From assembly GCA_963699545.1 (NCBI GenBank), contig CAVOUE010000006.1, forward strand, positions 32,001 through 96,000: 64,000 bases of DNA, written 5' to 3'. Numbering within the stretch: the first letter of the stretch is position 1; each line of letters opens with the position of its first letter. A program made the translations under genes and the position numbers. Positions 1 to 13,409 of the stretch are shown here, one piece after another. The stretch comes from Nitrospirota bacterium (GTDB lineage: Bacteria; Nitrospirota; Thermodesulfovibrionia; Thermodesulfovibrionales; UBA9159). The notes below the pieces were generated by a model. It saw only the letters and a program-made list of their open reading frames with translations. It searched no databases and had not been told where the DNA came from.

Positions 1-2
1 TT

Positions 3-167
3 TATCCCTTTCCGCACCTTCTGGGGATCGAGGACCTCTCCAGCCTTTATGCCGAGCAGGTAAAGGAGCTCTTCATTGCCTATGGAAGAGAGACCTTCAA
101 CGCTGATGTCTTGTATCCTGCTGTCGGGTACGGTATCAGCCGGCACAGGGGAAGCGAAAGCACATAA
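3..167 (+). CDS. 3' end of an unidentified CDS running in from the left edge
   Basis: Open frame from position 3 (YPFPHLLGIEDLSSLYAEQVKELF...GSEST) ending TAA at 165-167; converges on tamB. Confidence 0.45.
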   Translation, partial: YPFPHLLGIEDLSSLYAEQVKELFIAYGRETFNADVLYPAVGYGISRHRGSEST

Positions 168-217
168 GAATGCACAGTGAAGAAGAACGAACGGGAACAG
201 GGAGAACATCACTTTCC

Positions 218-3200
218 TCATTTGAACCCAAAGCGGAATTTGATACTTCCGCCCAGTGCTCCGACTTCGTCCCTCACCCCGATGAGAGAGACGTTGTTCC
301 CCACGTTATACTCCAGCTTTATGATATCGGTGGCAACCGAGCCAAGAGCGGTGGAATAGGTCACCGAGAGCCTGTCCCCCAGGAGCCTCTTCGAGACCGT
401 CAGCCGTTGTTCCGACTTTCCCGTCACCCGTGAAACAGAAGAGTCCACTCCGATCCTGTCGATGCCCGTGATGCTCCGCAGCCTCTCCTGAGCGATGTTC
501 TGGACCTGGCCGGAGAGAAATGACGTCGCAACACTTCCCCCCAGCCCGCCCTGAATACCCTGAGGTGTCTTTGAAAGAGTGCCGACGGTGAGCAGGCTGA
601 GGATCTCGATCTGTTCAAGGGAAGGCGTCGAACTCAGGGACAGGTTGAAATGCTCGATCTGTCCCTCAAGGACCATCCGTATGGTATATCCCTCGATGAG
701 CGTCTCTGCAACGATATTCATCGTCGGGTTGATCCTTTTCGGGTCTGCGAAGTCGGCGGTTGCATTGAGTATCCTGAACTCATTGTTCCTGAAGTACACG
801 ATGCCGCTCTTCGTTTCGGCCCTGCCGAAAAGCAGGGGATTGGACGCAGCTCCTCTCACCATCAGGTCGGTGCCCAGAGACGCCCGGGCGATGTTGTTAT
901 TGATAAAGAGGTTGTCACTGCCGTGTACCCTCACATTCAGCTGTGTCTTCTCGAACGTCCCTATCTCGCCCCGCGGCCTTTCCTTTGCTTTTGCCTTGAG
1001 GGGCCAGATCTGCCACTGGACGGGTTCCTTGTACAGGGCGCGATTGATCGTGATCTCTCCGCTCAGTCTCTGGGAATCCTGCGTTCCCGTATAGAGAAGG
1101 TTGCCGTTGAAATTGACCGTGAAATCCTTGGAGATGTTCACTCCGATGGCGTTCATCGCGGCATTGACATAGAATCGCTTCATCGTGAACCCATCGAGAA
1201 GGGCAACCCCGGAGACCTCTACTTCCCCGCCTCCCAGTTTGCCCGAAAGCTTCTGAATGACGATCCTGTCCTCATCGATGTAGACGTATCCGTTCATGGT
1301 GCTGAGCCGGTAGGGCACATCCTTGACCCCGAATGTGACGTTCGATATGGTTATACCGCCGTTGATCCGCGGGGCCTCCCATTTCCCCGTCACGGAACAA
1401 ACGAATCCCGCGTCGCCCCTGATGGTATCGATCCTCTTTGACAGCCCCTTTAACGGCAACAGGCTTGAACTGCCCTCCATGACGAGATTGTATTCCCTGC
1501 CTATCTCCATTTCTCCCGAGACCTTGAACGACGCGGTTCCGCTTCGCACCTTCACGGCAGAGAGCGTCATGGTCCTGTCTTTTACTTCGAACCGTATGTC
1601 GGAGTCGTTCGAGAAATTGTTTCCAAAGAGCGTCGTATTCAGCTGGCTGATAACGGCTCCGGCCGAGAAATGTTTTCTGTCGCCCGACAACTCCGCATAC
1701 CCCTTCATGCTGATGAGCAGGTCTTCGGGCACGTCCTTGAGAACAGCGGCGAGGAGGATATCATATCTCCCTGATTTCATATCCAGCCGGGCTGTCCACG
1801 GCAGGTCACCTCTCAGGTCCGCCTTCCCGGTCAATGACGTCTTGCCGTCAAGAAGGAGGACATCGAAGAGCATCGTTTTGTTCTTCATCGAGACCCTGAT
1901 GTTCCCGTCTCCGAGGGACGAGTCCTTGAATGTTCCCCCGTGCACCATGCCGTCCAGCTCCATCCGGGGGTCATCAAGGGTCCCCTTCCCCTCTGCCTTG
2001 AAGGTGACATATGCGTCAGCCGGCGCGCCTCTGAGCGGTACATCTTTCAGGTAGATCCTGTTCCCGGATGCGGCGAAGCTGAACCGGTCATCATAGGTTA
2101 AGCTTCCCTTTCCCGTCAGAAGAGAGTCCCCTTTTCTCACCAGCACATCTTCCAGTGTCAGGGTATCGTAGTCGTACGCATACGAGAGAGAGGCCAGATC
2201 AAGCGCGACACCCTCCAGGGTTCCATTGGCCATCCGGGCAGACCCCTTGAACAGGGGCTTCGGACCGGGACCGGTAATGCTCAGGTCGGTATCGAACCTT
2301 CCCCTGGGCTGGGGTTTCAGGGGCTTCTTGTAAATTACTTTCAATGCCTTTTCCACGTCGGCATTCTTCATCGAGACAGAAAGGCCGTAGAGGGGTTTCT
2401 TCAGATCGAACAGCTCTCTGGCCTCCGGAAATTTGACCGTGCCCTTCATCGTAATGGCGGCGTTGCCGCCGGCCTGGGAACCGGCCATTGAGGAAAGCTC
2501 TCTCAGTTCGAGAAGGTCTTTTCCGTACCGCAGGTCGCTCGTCACCTCCCCGAGAACGAATTCCCCGTAGGAAGCGGCGTGCAGCTTCACCTTCCCGGCG
2601 ATCACAGGGTTCTTGAACTTCCCTGCCAGGGTCCCGGAGAACTCCCCGGAACCGGTCAGTTCGTGAACATACGGCAGCGTCACATCCGTCAGGTCCCCGG
2701 TCCTGCCCTGGATGCCAAGGGACAGGTCCGACGCCTTCAGGTCGACCGTGCCGCCGAAGTTCATGACCGACCTGTCGGTACTGGCAACGGATTCAGACAG
2801 GGTGATCACGTCGTCCCGGACGTCAAAGGAGCCCGTCACTTTCCTCACCCTTCCCAGGACATCAGTGCCCCTGCCGGAACTCTCATAGGAATACCGGCCC
2901 GAAGGGTTAAACCCGGCGCCTTTGGTACTCAGCTCACCCTTCACCTTTCCCCTGGGAATCCCGGGATCCCACCCTATGAGCTTAAAGGCAGCAGGACTGT
3001 CCACATCAGAAAAAGAGACCTTCAGGGAGTAGTATTCCTCGCCGGTGACCGAGAGAGTCGCCTCGGCGTCAGCGCGTCCGTTGTACAACGTGCCCTTCCC
3101 TTCTGTGAAATACAGGATCCCTTCCCTGTATGCAATGCTGCACCGGAGGTCGTCCACATCAACGTCGAAGAGGTTTCCCCTTTGCAGGTGCGCATGTGCA

Positions 3201-4226
3201 GTGCCGGTGATCCGGTCCAGTGGACCTTTTACGGCGCCGGTGAAATCAATGCGGCCTTCCACACGCTCTTTCACCTTCAGGAGTTCCATCAGTGTCTCGA
3301 TAGAAAAGTTCTCCTTTCAGCTTCACGTCCACGACGGAGCGGAGGGGGTCATCGGTGAGGAGGTGAATGGTGCCCTTTGCAGACAGCCCTCCTTCACCCG
3401 GCTGTTTCAGAGAGAAGATATTCCTGAAAGTCTCCACGAGCAGGGAGAAGCCCATTTGCAGGTCTCCGTACAGGCCACGGGACGTCTTTGCCTGAGTCTT
3501 CTCCTTCGTCGGGAAGAGCCCGCTTGCGGTGATCTTTGAGCCAAGGAACCCTATCTGAAGCCCCTTCACCTCGACCGCATCATCCCTTATCGCAAGCGCA
3601 CCCTTGATCTCGCCCTTTAATTCCGGCCAGCCCTTGATGGACGCAGAGAGCTCCTTCATGGTGAAATTGACGCGCGGCACCGCGCGCCTCCCGACAACGA
3701 TCTCCTTTGGGTTCAGCACGGCCTCGATGCCGAACCCCGCTCCCTGAAAGGACATGTCCTTGTAACCAAGGGCGAACATACCGTCATCCAGCGCAATGCC
3801 TCTTACCACAACCTTGATCGGTGCCTTCCTTTCCATAGCGAGATACTTCCTGACGTTTGCCGCGATCTCCTCCAGCTGGGAAGCATGAGCACTTGCGTGG
3901 GGCTTCCTCACTACGAGCCTCCTCAGAACAAGTTCCTTCCTCAACAGCCCTGAGAGCTCCACGTATCCCTTCAGGCGGGGAATGTGCACGATCTCGACGC
4001 CCTTGTCAAAGACCTTAACCTCCTTTGCCTCAACAAAAAGGGGGAAGATGTTCACGTATATCTTCTGCGCCATTACCTCTTTGCCCGTTGCGGCAGAGAG
4101 CTCGGGCAGGATGAGCTTCTTCAGGATGTTCGAGACGTGAGGTCCCCTGAGAACGACGGTCACGAGGACGACCGCCGCAACCAGGGCCGTGAAGAGCAGT
4201 ATCTTCTTTATCGTAATCTTTCCCAT
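218..4226 (-). CDS. tamB: Translocation and assembly module TamB (AsmA-like, DUF490 C-terminus), frameshifted near 3290
   Basis: ORFs 3246..4226 (N-terminal TM anchor) and 218..3289 (long Gly/beta-rich body; C-terminal LSLSSTPSLEQIEILSLL...LTVSKRL...IKFRFGFK typical of TamB) overlap and join with one indel. Confidence 0.8.
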
Positions 4227-6817
4227 AATGCCGTGAGCAGCCCGGTCACGCCTTCTCCCTGCATCTTGCCTCCGTCCTTCTGGATCGAGAAGATGTCATG
4301 GGCCAGACCTGATTCGGTGTTTATCCTTGCTGATATTATATCAATACCCATATCGTGCATGAGGCTCGTGGCGTCATACAGAAGTCCCATCCTGTCGCCT
4401 GCAAAGAACTCAAGGATGCTGCACTCTGCCGAGGTCTCGTTGTCCAGCTCGATGAAGGGCTCGAACCTCCCGAATATTTCAGGGGGCGGGACGGTGTATC
4501 CCTGAGAGTCCCTGATGTTCCGGATCAGGCTCTCGTACGCGTCCTTCCCAAGATCGTCCCGGACAGCGCTGCCGATCCTTTCTTCCAGCACCTGCACGAT
4601 CCCCTTCCACTCAAGGTCCTTCCAGTTCGAGACCTGGATTTTGTCAAGAATGATTCCGTCCTTCGCGGTATATGCCCTCGCCCGGTAAATATTCATCTTC
4701 ATTGATGAGAGGATCCCCACAATCCTCGAAAAGATGCCCGGCCTGTCCCGGGCGCCTATGCAGACCTCGGACGTGCCGTCCTCATCTTCCCTCACCCTGA
4801 GCCCGAAGCCCCTTTCCGCAACCTCCTTGTAGGTCCTGTAATCTTCGGAAAGTCGTTCGGGAGTGGTCGAGATCACATATCTCTCCGGCATCAGGGAAAG
4901 AAAATTCCTGGTCCTTTCCTTTTCGCCGGCGGAAAGGAACGTCCTGTCGAGCAGCGCCTGCCGGGCTTCGGCGAAGTCTTTCGTAAAGCCTTCAAGATAC
5001 CGGGCGACCGTCTCGTAGAAGTCTCTGAGCAGACTGGCCTTCCACTCCGACCAGAACCCGTCGCTCACGGCGGCCATATCGGCATAGGTGATCAGGTAAA
5101 GGGCGTCCAGGGTCTCCCGGTCCCCCACCTCGTCAGCAAAACGGGCGATACCCTCGGGAAACTCGGAATCCATCGTGAGGGCTGCCGAGGACATCACCAG
5201 ATGGTTCTTTACAAGGAACTCTATTTCGGACCGCAGCTCAGGAGAGAGATTGAACCGCTCCGCAACGTTCTTCATCTCACGATACCCGACTTCATCATGG
5301 TGTCCCGGCCCGGAGCCGTAACGGTAGCTCTGTGCAATGCCCCTCTTCCCGACGTCATGGAGAAGGAGGGTCAGGACGATGGCCTCACGGCGACGCACCC
5401 TTTTGTACACCCCGGAGAGATGCTCAAGGTTCCTGTATTTTGTGCTTCGCAGTTCCTCGACCTTCCTGACCGCGTGCAATGAATGTTCGTCCACGGTAAA
5501 CCGGTGGTAGGGCTCGTAGACGACCAGGAAGCTCAGTGCATCAAATTCGGGGATGAACCTTCCCAGCACGCCGCAGGAATGCATCTCCCGCAATGTTTCA
5601 TACACCCTTTCACCTTTTACAATATTCATGAACGATTCGACGGCACGCTGCGATCTCCTCGTCGTCCTGCCGATGCGGAAGAGGTTCTTCTTTATGTCCT
5701 CCCTCAGCTTCGGACTGAACCGCTTCCCCGTCCTTGACATGACCGCAAAGGCCTCGATGATCTTTTCGGGGCTCCGAATAACGTCGGCCCCGGTCGCAAC
5801 GATCCGGTTCCTCGAGAGAGAGAAGTCGCCGGTTATCTTCCGTTTTGCATAAAAGAAATGGGCGGCTCTGCTCTCCCTCCCTTCTTCGGGGTCCTTGTAG
5901 GGCATGCTGAACATATCAAGGGTGCGTGAGGTGATATCATCGACAACCGACGCCTTGAGATAGAGATAACGCATAAACCGCTCCGACGAAAGGAAACGCC
6001 TGGACGCCTTGAAATTCAGCATCCCGGCGGTCCGCTCATGGAATTCAAAAGACAGGACGTCGTTCCTGCGTCCGCTGAGGAGGTGGAGGCAGAACCTCAC
6101 CTTCAGGAGAAAGTCATAGGCACGTTCAAGCTTCCGGAAGTCGTCCGGCACAAGGATCTTCGAGAGCCCGTCAAAAGACCTGCTTCTCAGTTTGACACTC
6201 GTAAGCCATATGAGGGTATGGACGTCCCGCAACATGCCCCTGCCCTCCTTGATATGCGGTTCGAGCATAAAGACCGAAGAGCTTATCTTCCGGTGGCGCT
6301 GCTCCACCTCGCGCAGTTTCTCTGTCATGAAGTTCTTCGACTCCCTGTAGGCGATATCGGGAAACACATTCTCCATAAAATACCGGTAGAGGGCCTCGTC
6401 CCCTGAGATAAACCGGTGTTCAAGAAGGGAGGTCCTTGTCTTCACGTCCCTTCTCGCCTCGCTGATGCAATCGGAAGGGGTCCTGAAGGAATGGCCGATC
6501 ACAAGGTTGGTGTCCCAGAGCCTGTAGAGGAACTCCGAGGCCTTTGCCGAAGCGGACCTGTCCTTCGCAAAGAGCATGATATCGATGTCGGAGAACGGCG
6601 CCAGTTCCCCTCTTCCATACCCCCCGATCGCCATGAGACAGAGACCTGAGGCGGATTCGGTCCCGGAGAAGAGATCCCTGAGAAAGGAGTCGGTCCTCTC
6701 GGTGAAATGGTCCGTCAGCTGTCTGCCGCTGTACCCCTTCCCAAGGAGGTCGCAGAGTTCGTGTATATCCATTCTTTGCCCGGCGGAATAGTCCTGCTTG
6801 AACAACAGTGTATGCAT
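4208..6817 (-). CDS. glnD: [Protein-PII] uridylyltransferase / uridylyl-removing enzyme
   Basis: AIGGYGRGELAPFSDIDIM nucleotidyltransferase motif, EPHIKEGRGMLRD, HD domain (YHRFTVDEH...LLHDVGK), two C-terminal ACT domains; alternative start 6772. Confidence 0.95.
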   Translation of the reverse strand: MHTLLFKQDYSAGQRMDIHELCDLLGKGYSGRQLTDHFTERTDSFLRDLFSGTESASGLCLMAIGGYGRGELAPFSDIDIMLFAKDRSASAKASEFLYRLWDTNLVIGHSFRTPSDCISEARRDVKTRTSLLEHRFISGDEALYRYFMENVFPDIAYRESKNFMTEKLREVEQRHRKISSSVFMLEPHIKEGRGMLRDVHTLIWLTSVKLRSRSFDGLSKILVPDDFRKLERAYDFLLKVRFCLHLLSGRRNDVLSFEFHERTAGMLNFKASRRFLSSERFMRYLYLKASVVDDITSRTLDMFSMPYKDPEEGRESRAAHFFYAKRKITGDFSLSRNRIVATGADVIRSPEKIIEAFAVMSRTGKRFSPKLREDIKKNLFRIGRTTRRSQRAVESFMNIVKGERVYETLREMHSCGVLGRFIPEFDALSFLVVYEPYHRFTVDEHSLHAVRKVEELRSTKYRNLEHLSGVYKRVRRREAIVLTLLLHDVGKRGIAQSYRYGSGPGHHDEVGYREMKNVAERFNLSPELRSEIEFLVKNHLVMSSAALTMDSEFPEGIARFADEVGDRETLDALYLITYADMAAVSDGFWSEWKASLLRDFYETVARYLEGFTKDFAEARQALLDRTFLSAGEKERTRNFLSLMPERYVISTTPERLSEDYRTYKEVAERGFGLRVREDEDGTSEVCIGARDRPGIFSRIVGILSSMKMNIYRARAYTAKDGIILDKIQVSNWKDLEWKGIVQVLEERIGSAVRDDLGKDAYESLIRNIRDSQGYTVPPPEIFGRFEPFIELDNETSAECSILEFFAGDRMGLLYDATSLMHDMGIDIISARINTESGLAHDIFSIQKDGGKMQGEGVTGLLTALWERLR

Positions 6818-7035
6818 CTCCCTCTTATCATTGTCTCGCGGACAGCCGCAGACCCGAAAGCCGCCGGGACTGCGTCCTGCGTGATATTATAGCTTAAAAT
6901 ATGCATTAATGAGGGTAAACAAACGCCAGGCGCGTTGCTCTCAGACCGTGGAATTCATCGACAAGCAAACTGTCTTTACTTATATCCCGGTGGTGTTCAG
7001 GAGGGATTCGGAAATGTTCTTACAGTTGCCATACT

Positions 7036-7191
7036 CTATTTGCGTCCCTTGATCAGATGTTTCCCTTTGCTCAGAAGAAATCTTGCAAGAGTATAGATGA
7101 GAAAGGTGAAGATGCCTGCTAAAGCAATAATACCTATTCTTCCTATCCACAAAGCCAAAACTTCTCGTGAATCACCTGATGGAACAGCCAT
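7036..7191 (-). CDS. Small single-pass membrane protein (51 aa), not in ORF track
   Basis: MAVPSGDSREVLALWIGRIGIIALAGIFTFLIYTLARFLLSKGKHLIKGRK*; GGAGGAGGAG within the last ftsK codons lies 9 nt before the ATG; one hydrophobic helix and basic tail. Confidence 0.5.
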   Translation of the reverse strand: MAVPSGDSREVLALWIGRIGIIALAGIFTFLIYTLARFLLSKGKHLIKGRK

Positions 7192-7196
7192 ATAGC

Positions 7197-9308
7197 CTAT
7201 CTCCTCCTCCTCAGGAAATCCCTGGGCTTTCCGGCCCCCTTGGGCGGGCCTACAAGGCCATCCTCCTCAAGAAGTTCCATGATCCTCGCCGCCCTGTTAT
7301 ACCCGATCCTGAACCTTCGCTGAATGGACGATATCGACATCTCCCCCATGGATTCGCCGAATTCCACTACCTTCTGGTACACGTCGTCCCTCTCAAGGGA
7401 GAGGTCATCACGGTCGGGCTCTTCAACAACGATAGACGCGAAGAGGGCATAGTCGGGTACCCCCTGGGCAGTGATGAACTCAGTGACCGCCCGTATCTCT
7501 TCCACCGTAACAAGGGCTCCGTGGATCCTCTCTATCCTCTTTCCCGGAAGCATGAGGAGCATATCCCCCTTGCCCAAGAGTTGTTCCGCGCCCTGGCCAT
7601 CGATGATGGTGCGTGAATCGATCCTTGAAGTGACATGGAAGGATATCCTCGCAGGGAAGTTCGCCTTGATCACCCCCGTAATAACGTCCACCGACGGTCT
7701 CTGGGTCGCAAGGATAAGGTGAATGCCCGAGGCCCGCGCCATCTGGGCAAGCCGCGCAATGGAGTCCTCGACCTCATTGGCGGACGCGAACATGAGATCT
7801 GCCAGTTCATCGATGAACACGACGATATAGGGGATCTGTTCCTCATCAGGCACCATCCTGTTAAAGGCTTCTATGTTCCGCACCCCTTTTTCCGCGAGGA
7901 GCCTGTACCGCCTCTCCATCTCGAAGACCATCTTTCTCAGGGCCTCTGCCGCTTCCTTCGCCCCTGTTATTACTGGCGAGATGAGATGGGGGATATTCTC
8001 ATATGAAGACAGCTCCAGCAGCTTCGGGTCTATCATCAGCATCTTCACTTCCTTCGGCGTTGCCTTGTAGAGGATGCTCATGATCATGGAGTTGATGGAG
8101 ACGCTCTTTCCTGCGCCTGTGGCCCCCGCCACAAGAAGGTGGGGCATCTTCAAAAGGTCCTCCACAACAGGCGTGCCAAAGATGTCCTTGCCAAGGGCAA
8201 GGCTCAGCTTGGAATGGCTCTTCTGGAAAACCTCCGACGAAATGATCTCCCTGATGCTGACCGTTTCGCGATCCCTGTTGGGAACTTCTATCCCCAGGAC
8301 CGACTTCCCCGGCATAGTGGTCACCCGTACGCTCTGGGCCTTGAGGGAAAGGGCGAGGTCATCCGAGAGAGAGACCACACGGTTGATCTTCACTCCCGCC
8401 GCCGGCTCAAATTCATACATCGTCACCACAGGGCCCGAATGCACCTGGGTCACCTTCCCCTCCACGTCAAAATCCTTCAGCTTTCTCTCAAGGAGGGTCG
8501 AACTCGAAAGGATATCTTCCCTCGTGGGTCTCGTGGAAGTGAATGCGGGAAGATGCAGGAATTCGATGTGCGGCAGTTCATATTCTCCTTTCCGGGCCGG
8601 TGTATTCCGGCGGGGCAACGGCCGGTCCTCCGGCGGGAACGCTTTTTCCCTGATTATCTCCCTCTCATGCATGACGATCGGGATTCCCCCTGTTTCTGTT
8701 GCGCCCTGCAGCATCTTAAGGGCTGCCGAAGGTTCACCCAGGATGATGGGTTCTTCACCACGAGGCGCGACAGCGCGACCGGTTCTTTCCTCGGGCTTTC
8801 TTGCCACGAGAGATTCGATGGAAACAGGACTGAAGATGACGAGAGAAATGACGAGGACGGCCAATGAGAATATATATGCACCGGGGAGGGAAAGCAGGCC
8901 CAGGAGAAGGTCTGACAGCTGCAGTCCTACAATGCCCCCTGCCTTGCCCACGGGATCAAGATGAAAGGTCGCCGTTATCAGGGAAGCGAGCGTCGAAGCT
9001 GAAAGCATGAGAAGAAAGAGACCGAGGAGGTAGATCCTGTGGCATTCCCTGCCCAGCACCCTCCTGATGCCGTATATAACAAAGACGGCGGGGAGAATAT
9101 ACGTGACCAGACCGACAGAGGAGATGAGAAAATCAGCGATGTAAGAGCCGATAATGCCCCCATAGTTCCTGGTGGGAAGGGTGGTGAACACAAACAGCGA
9201 AGAGTCCCACTCAGAATAGGTCGCCAGGCTCAGACCGGTGTAGATGCCGGCAAAGACCGATACCACTCCTACGATATCCTGCCTTATTTTCGTCAAACGC
9301 TCACTCAT
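7197..9308 (-). CDS. ftsK: DNA translocase FtsK/SpoIIIE
   Basis: N-terminal TM helices, MPHLLVAGATGAGKSV Walker A, IDELADLM, ATQRPSVDVITG, gamma domain SISSIQRRFRIGYNRAARIM. Confidence 0.97.
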   Translation of the reverse strand: MSERLTKIRQDIVGVVSVFAGIYTGLSLATYSEWDSSLFVFTTLPTRNYGGIIGSYIADFLISSVGLVTYILPAVFVIYGIRRVLGRECHRIYLLGLFLLMLSASTLASLITATFHLDPVGKAGGIVGLQLSDLLLGLLSLPGAYIFSLAVLVISLVIFSPVSIESLVARKPEERTGRAVAPRGEEPIILGEPSAALKMLQGATETGGIPIVMHEREIIREKAFPPEDRPLPRRNTPARKGEYELPHIEFLHLPAFTSTRPTREDILSSSTLLERKLKDFDVEGKVTQVHSGPVVTMYEFEPAAGVKINRVVSLSDDLALSLKAQSVRVTTMPGKSVLGIEVPNRDRETVSIREIISSEVFQKSHSKLSLALGKDIFGTPVVEDLLKMPHLLVAGATGAGKSVSINSMIMSILYKATPKEVKMLMIDPKLLELSSYENIPHLISPVITGAKEAAEALRKMVFEMERRYRLLAEKGVRNIEAFNRMVPDEEQIPYIVVFIDELADLMFASANEVEDSIARLAQMARASGIHLILATQRPSVDVITGVIKANFPARISFHVTSRIDSRTIIDGQGAEQLLGKGDMLLMLPGKRIERIHGALVTVEEIRAVTEFITAQGVPDYALFASIVVEEPDRDDLSLERDDVYQKVVEFGESMGEMSISSIQRRFRIGYNRAARIMELLEEDGLVGPPKGAGKPRDFLRRRR

Positions 9309-9490
9309 CTCTCGCTATGACCACCCTTCCTGGACTGCCCTGTAGATTATAACAGATTGAACCGGACAGGGTCCTTCATTTTGAAAGACGCCGGTGGCAT
9401 CAGGGATGCGCAGGATCTCACCCTGAGAGGGAAGAAGGTTTCCGGGAGACATTAAGACAGTACGGGGAAGAACCGGCAGCGGCCCCTCAA

Positions 9491-11183
9491 CTACACCTCA
9501 ACAATGATCGGCATGATCATGGGACGGCGTTCCATGGTGTTGCGGAGATATTTCTTGAGGGTGCTTCTCAGTTTTGCCTGGAGCAGGGACGAATCGGTGA
9601 TCATCTCCTTGTCCATCTGCCTGAGCGTATTCAATACCAGCTCCTTCACATCGTTCATCACGTCCGGCGAGGCGTCCTCGAAGACGAATCCACGGGAGAT
9701 GATGTCAGGACCGGATATGATATTCCCGGTGAGCTTCTCAACAGCGATGTGCACGAGGACGATGCCGTCGTGGGCGAGCCTTCGCCTGTCACGCAGCACC
9801 ATATCCTCCACGTCCCCCATGCCTTTCCCGTCAATGAAGACGCGTCCTGAACTCACCGAACCGTTCTTTGCAGCGCCTGCTTCGGAGATCTCCAGGACCT
9901 CTCCGTTTTCAAGGATGAAGATGTTTTCTCTGGGCACCACGGTCTTTTCCGCAAGCATCCCGTGATATCTGAGATGCCGGTATTCTCCGTGGACCGGCAT
10001 GAAGTATTTCGGCCTCACCATGTTCAGCATCAGCTTCAGCTCTTCCTTTGAAGCATGGCCGGAGACATGGATCTCCGAAACTTTTTCATAGATCACGTTC
10101 GCCCCGCGCCTGAAGAGGTGATTGATGATCTTGCCGATGGAGCGCTCGTTGCCGGGGATGATCTTCGCCGAAAGGATGACGGTGTCGCCGTCCTTTATCT
10201 GTATGGCCTTATGCTCACCCATGGCGATCCTTGAAAGCACGCTCATGGGCTCGCCCTGGCTCCCGGTGGTGATGATAACTACTTCTTCATCCTTCAGTTT
10301 GTTCAGGTCTTCGAGCCTCAGCCACGTGTCTGCAGGCATCCTGAGATACCCGAGGTCAAGGGCTATCTGGGAATTGGAGACGATGCTCTTGCCGCAGAGG
10401 ATGACCTTCTTGCCGTACATCACCGCCACATCGATGGCCTGCTGTATCCTGTGGATATTCGAAGCGAAGGTGGAGATGATGATCCTGCCCTTTACCTTCG
10501 AGAATATGTCCTCAAAGGCCCTCCTCACCTCTTTTTCGGAGAACGTGAACCCACCCTTTTCCGCGTTCGTGCTGTCGGAGAGCAGGAGAAGGGTCCCTTT
10601 TTCCCCGTACTCCGAAAATCTGTGGAAGTCCATCAACTGGCCGTCCACAGGGGTGGGGTCGAGCTTGAAGTCACCGGTATGCACAACTCTTCCCAAGGGG
10701 AGTTGCAATGCAGAGTCCTACACCGTCCACAATGCTGTGCGTGACCCTCACAAATTCAATGTTGAACGCCCCCAGGTGGATAATGTCCCTCGGTCTGACC
10801 GCGATAAGCCTGATATGCTCGAGGTGGTGTTCCTTCAGCTTCTCCCTTATCAGCCCGATGGTGAGGGGGGTGCCATAAACAGGGACATCGATCTCCTTCA
10901 ACAGAAAAGGGAGAGCCCCGGTGTGGTCCTCATGTCCGTGGGTAATGATTATCCCTCTTATCTTTTCCCTGTTTTCAAGGACGTAGGAATAATCGGGGAT
11001 AACGAAGTCCACGCCGAGCATGTCTTCTTCCGGGAACATGAGACCGGCATCCACGATGATCATGTCGTCGGAATACTCAAATACCGTTGAGTTGAGGCCG
11101 ATCTCCTCGACCCCTCCAAGGGGAATTATGGAAAGAGAGTTATTCACCTCTGTTTGTCCGACCCTGATGAGCATTGGCAGCAA
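9491..11183 (-). CDS. rnj: Ribonuclease J (frameshift near 10700)
   Basis: IPLGGVEEIGLN, THGHEDH metallo-beta-lactamase motif, HTGDFK, TTGSQGEP, HVSGHA, PVHGEYRH across ORFs 10671..11183 and 9491..10708; true start may be a few codons downstream. Confidence 0.93.
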
Positions 11184-11198
11184 TGCTTGTCATAAACG

Positions 11199-12117
11199 TC
11201 ATGACCGGGATTCGCCGAGCAGAAATTCCAGAAGTGCCTTCTGTGAATGGAGCCGGTTCTCCGCCTGATCAAAGACCGCGCTGCGGGGCCCATCCATGAC
11301 CTCATCCGTTATCTCTTCTCCGCGCTGGGCAGGAAGACAGTGAAGAACGACGGCATCCTTCCTGGCACAGGAGAGGAGCGCATCATTCACCTGATACGGT
11401 CCGAACCTCCGCTTCCTCTCCTCGCCCTCCCGTTCCTGCCCCATGCTCACCCACACATCCGTGTAGATGACATCGGCCCTGCCTGCAGCCTCACGGGGAT
11501 CCCGGAGGATGACGATCTCGCTCTTTGCGCTATCCCTCGCCCTTTCAAGGACATCTGCGTCCGGCTCGTATCCCTCGGGACACGCCATGACCAGGTTGAT
11601 CTCCATTTTCGCTGCGGCCTCTATCAGCGAATTCGCCACATTGTTGCCGTCTCCTATGAACGCGAGGTGAATACCCTTAAGCCTGCCCTTCTTCTCCCGG
11701 ACCGTCATGAGGTCGGCAAGGGCCTGACACGGATGATGCCGGTTCGAAAGACCATTGATCACCGGGACGGATGCACGGGATGCAAATTCCTCAAGCCTCG
11801 AGTGCTCAGAGGTCCTTATGACAACGGCGCTCAAGTACCGCGAAAGGGTCCGCGCGGTGTCTCCGATGGTTTCACCCCTTCCCATCTGGAGTTCCCGAAG
11901 GGTTCATGATAGATGGCCTGGGCGCCCAACTGGTAGATCCCCGCCTCGAAGGACACCCTGGTCCGCGTGGATGCCTTCTCGAAGAGAAGACCGATACTTT
12001 TCCCTATGAGGGGACAGCGGTTCGGCGTCCTTCCCGGATCTTGAGTTCCAGGGCCCTCATGATGATTGAGTCGTATCTCTCCGGAGGATAGGTCCCATAC
12101 CGTAAGAAAATCCCTTT

Positions 12118-12121
<4 letters not shown>
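11199..12121 (-). CDS. argF: Ornithine carbamoyltransferase (frameshifted)
   Basis: MKRDFLT start at 12121, [54 protein letters not shown]. Confidence 0.93.
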
Positions 12122-13321
<1,200 letters not shown>

Positions 13322-13409
13322 AGAGAAATGATAACGAAAAACCCGATAAAAATCAAATAAATAGCGGGGTCGCGAGGGAAAATGCCGGCTTCTGCCGACG
13401 TGGTCCCCG

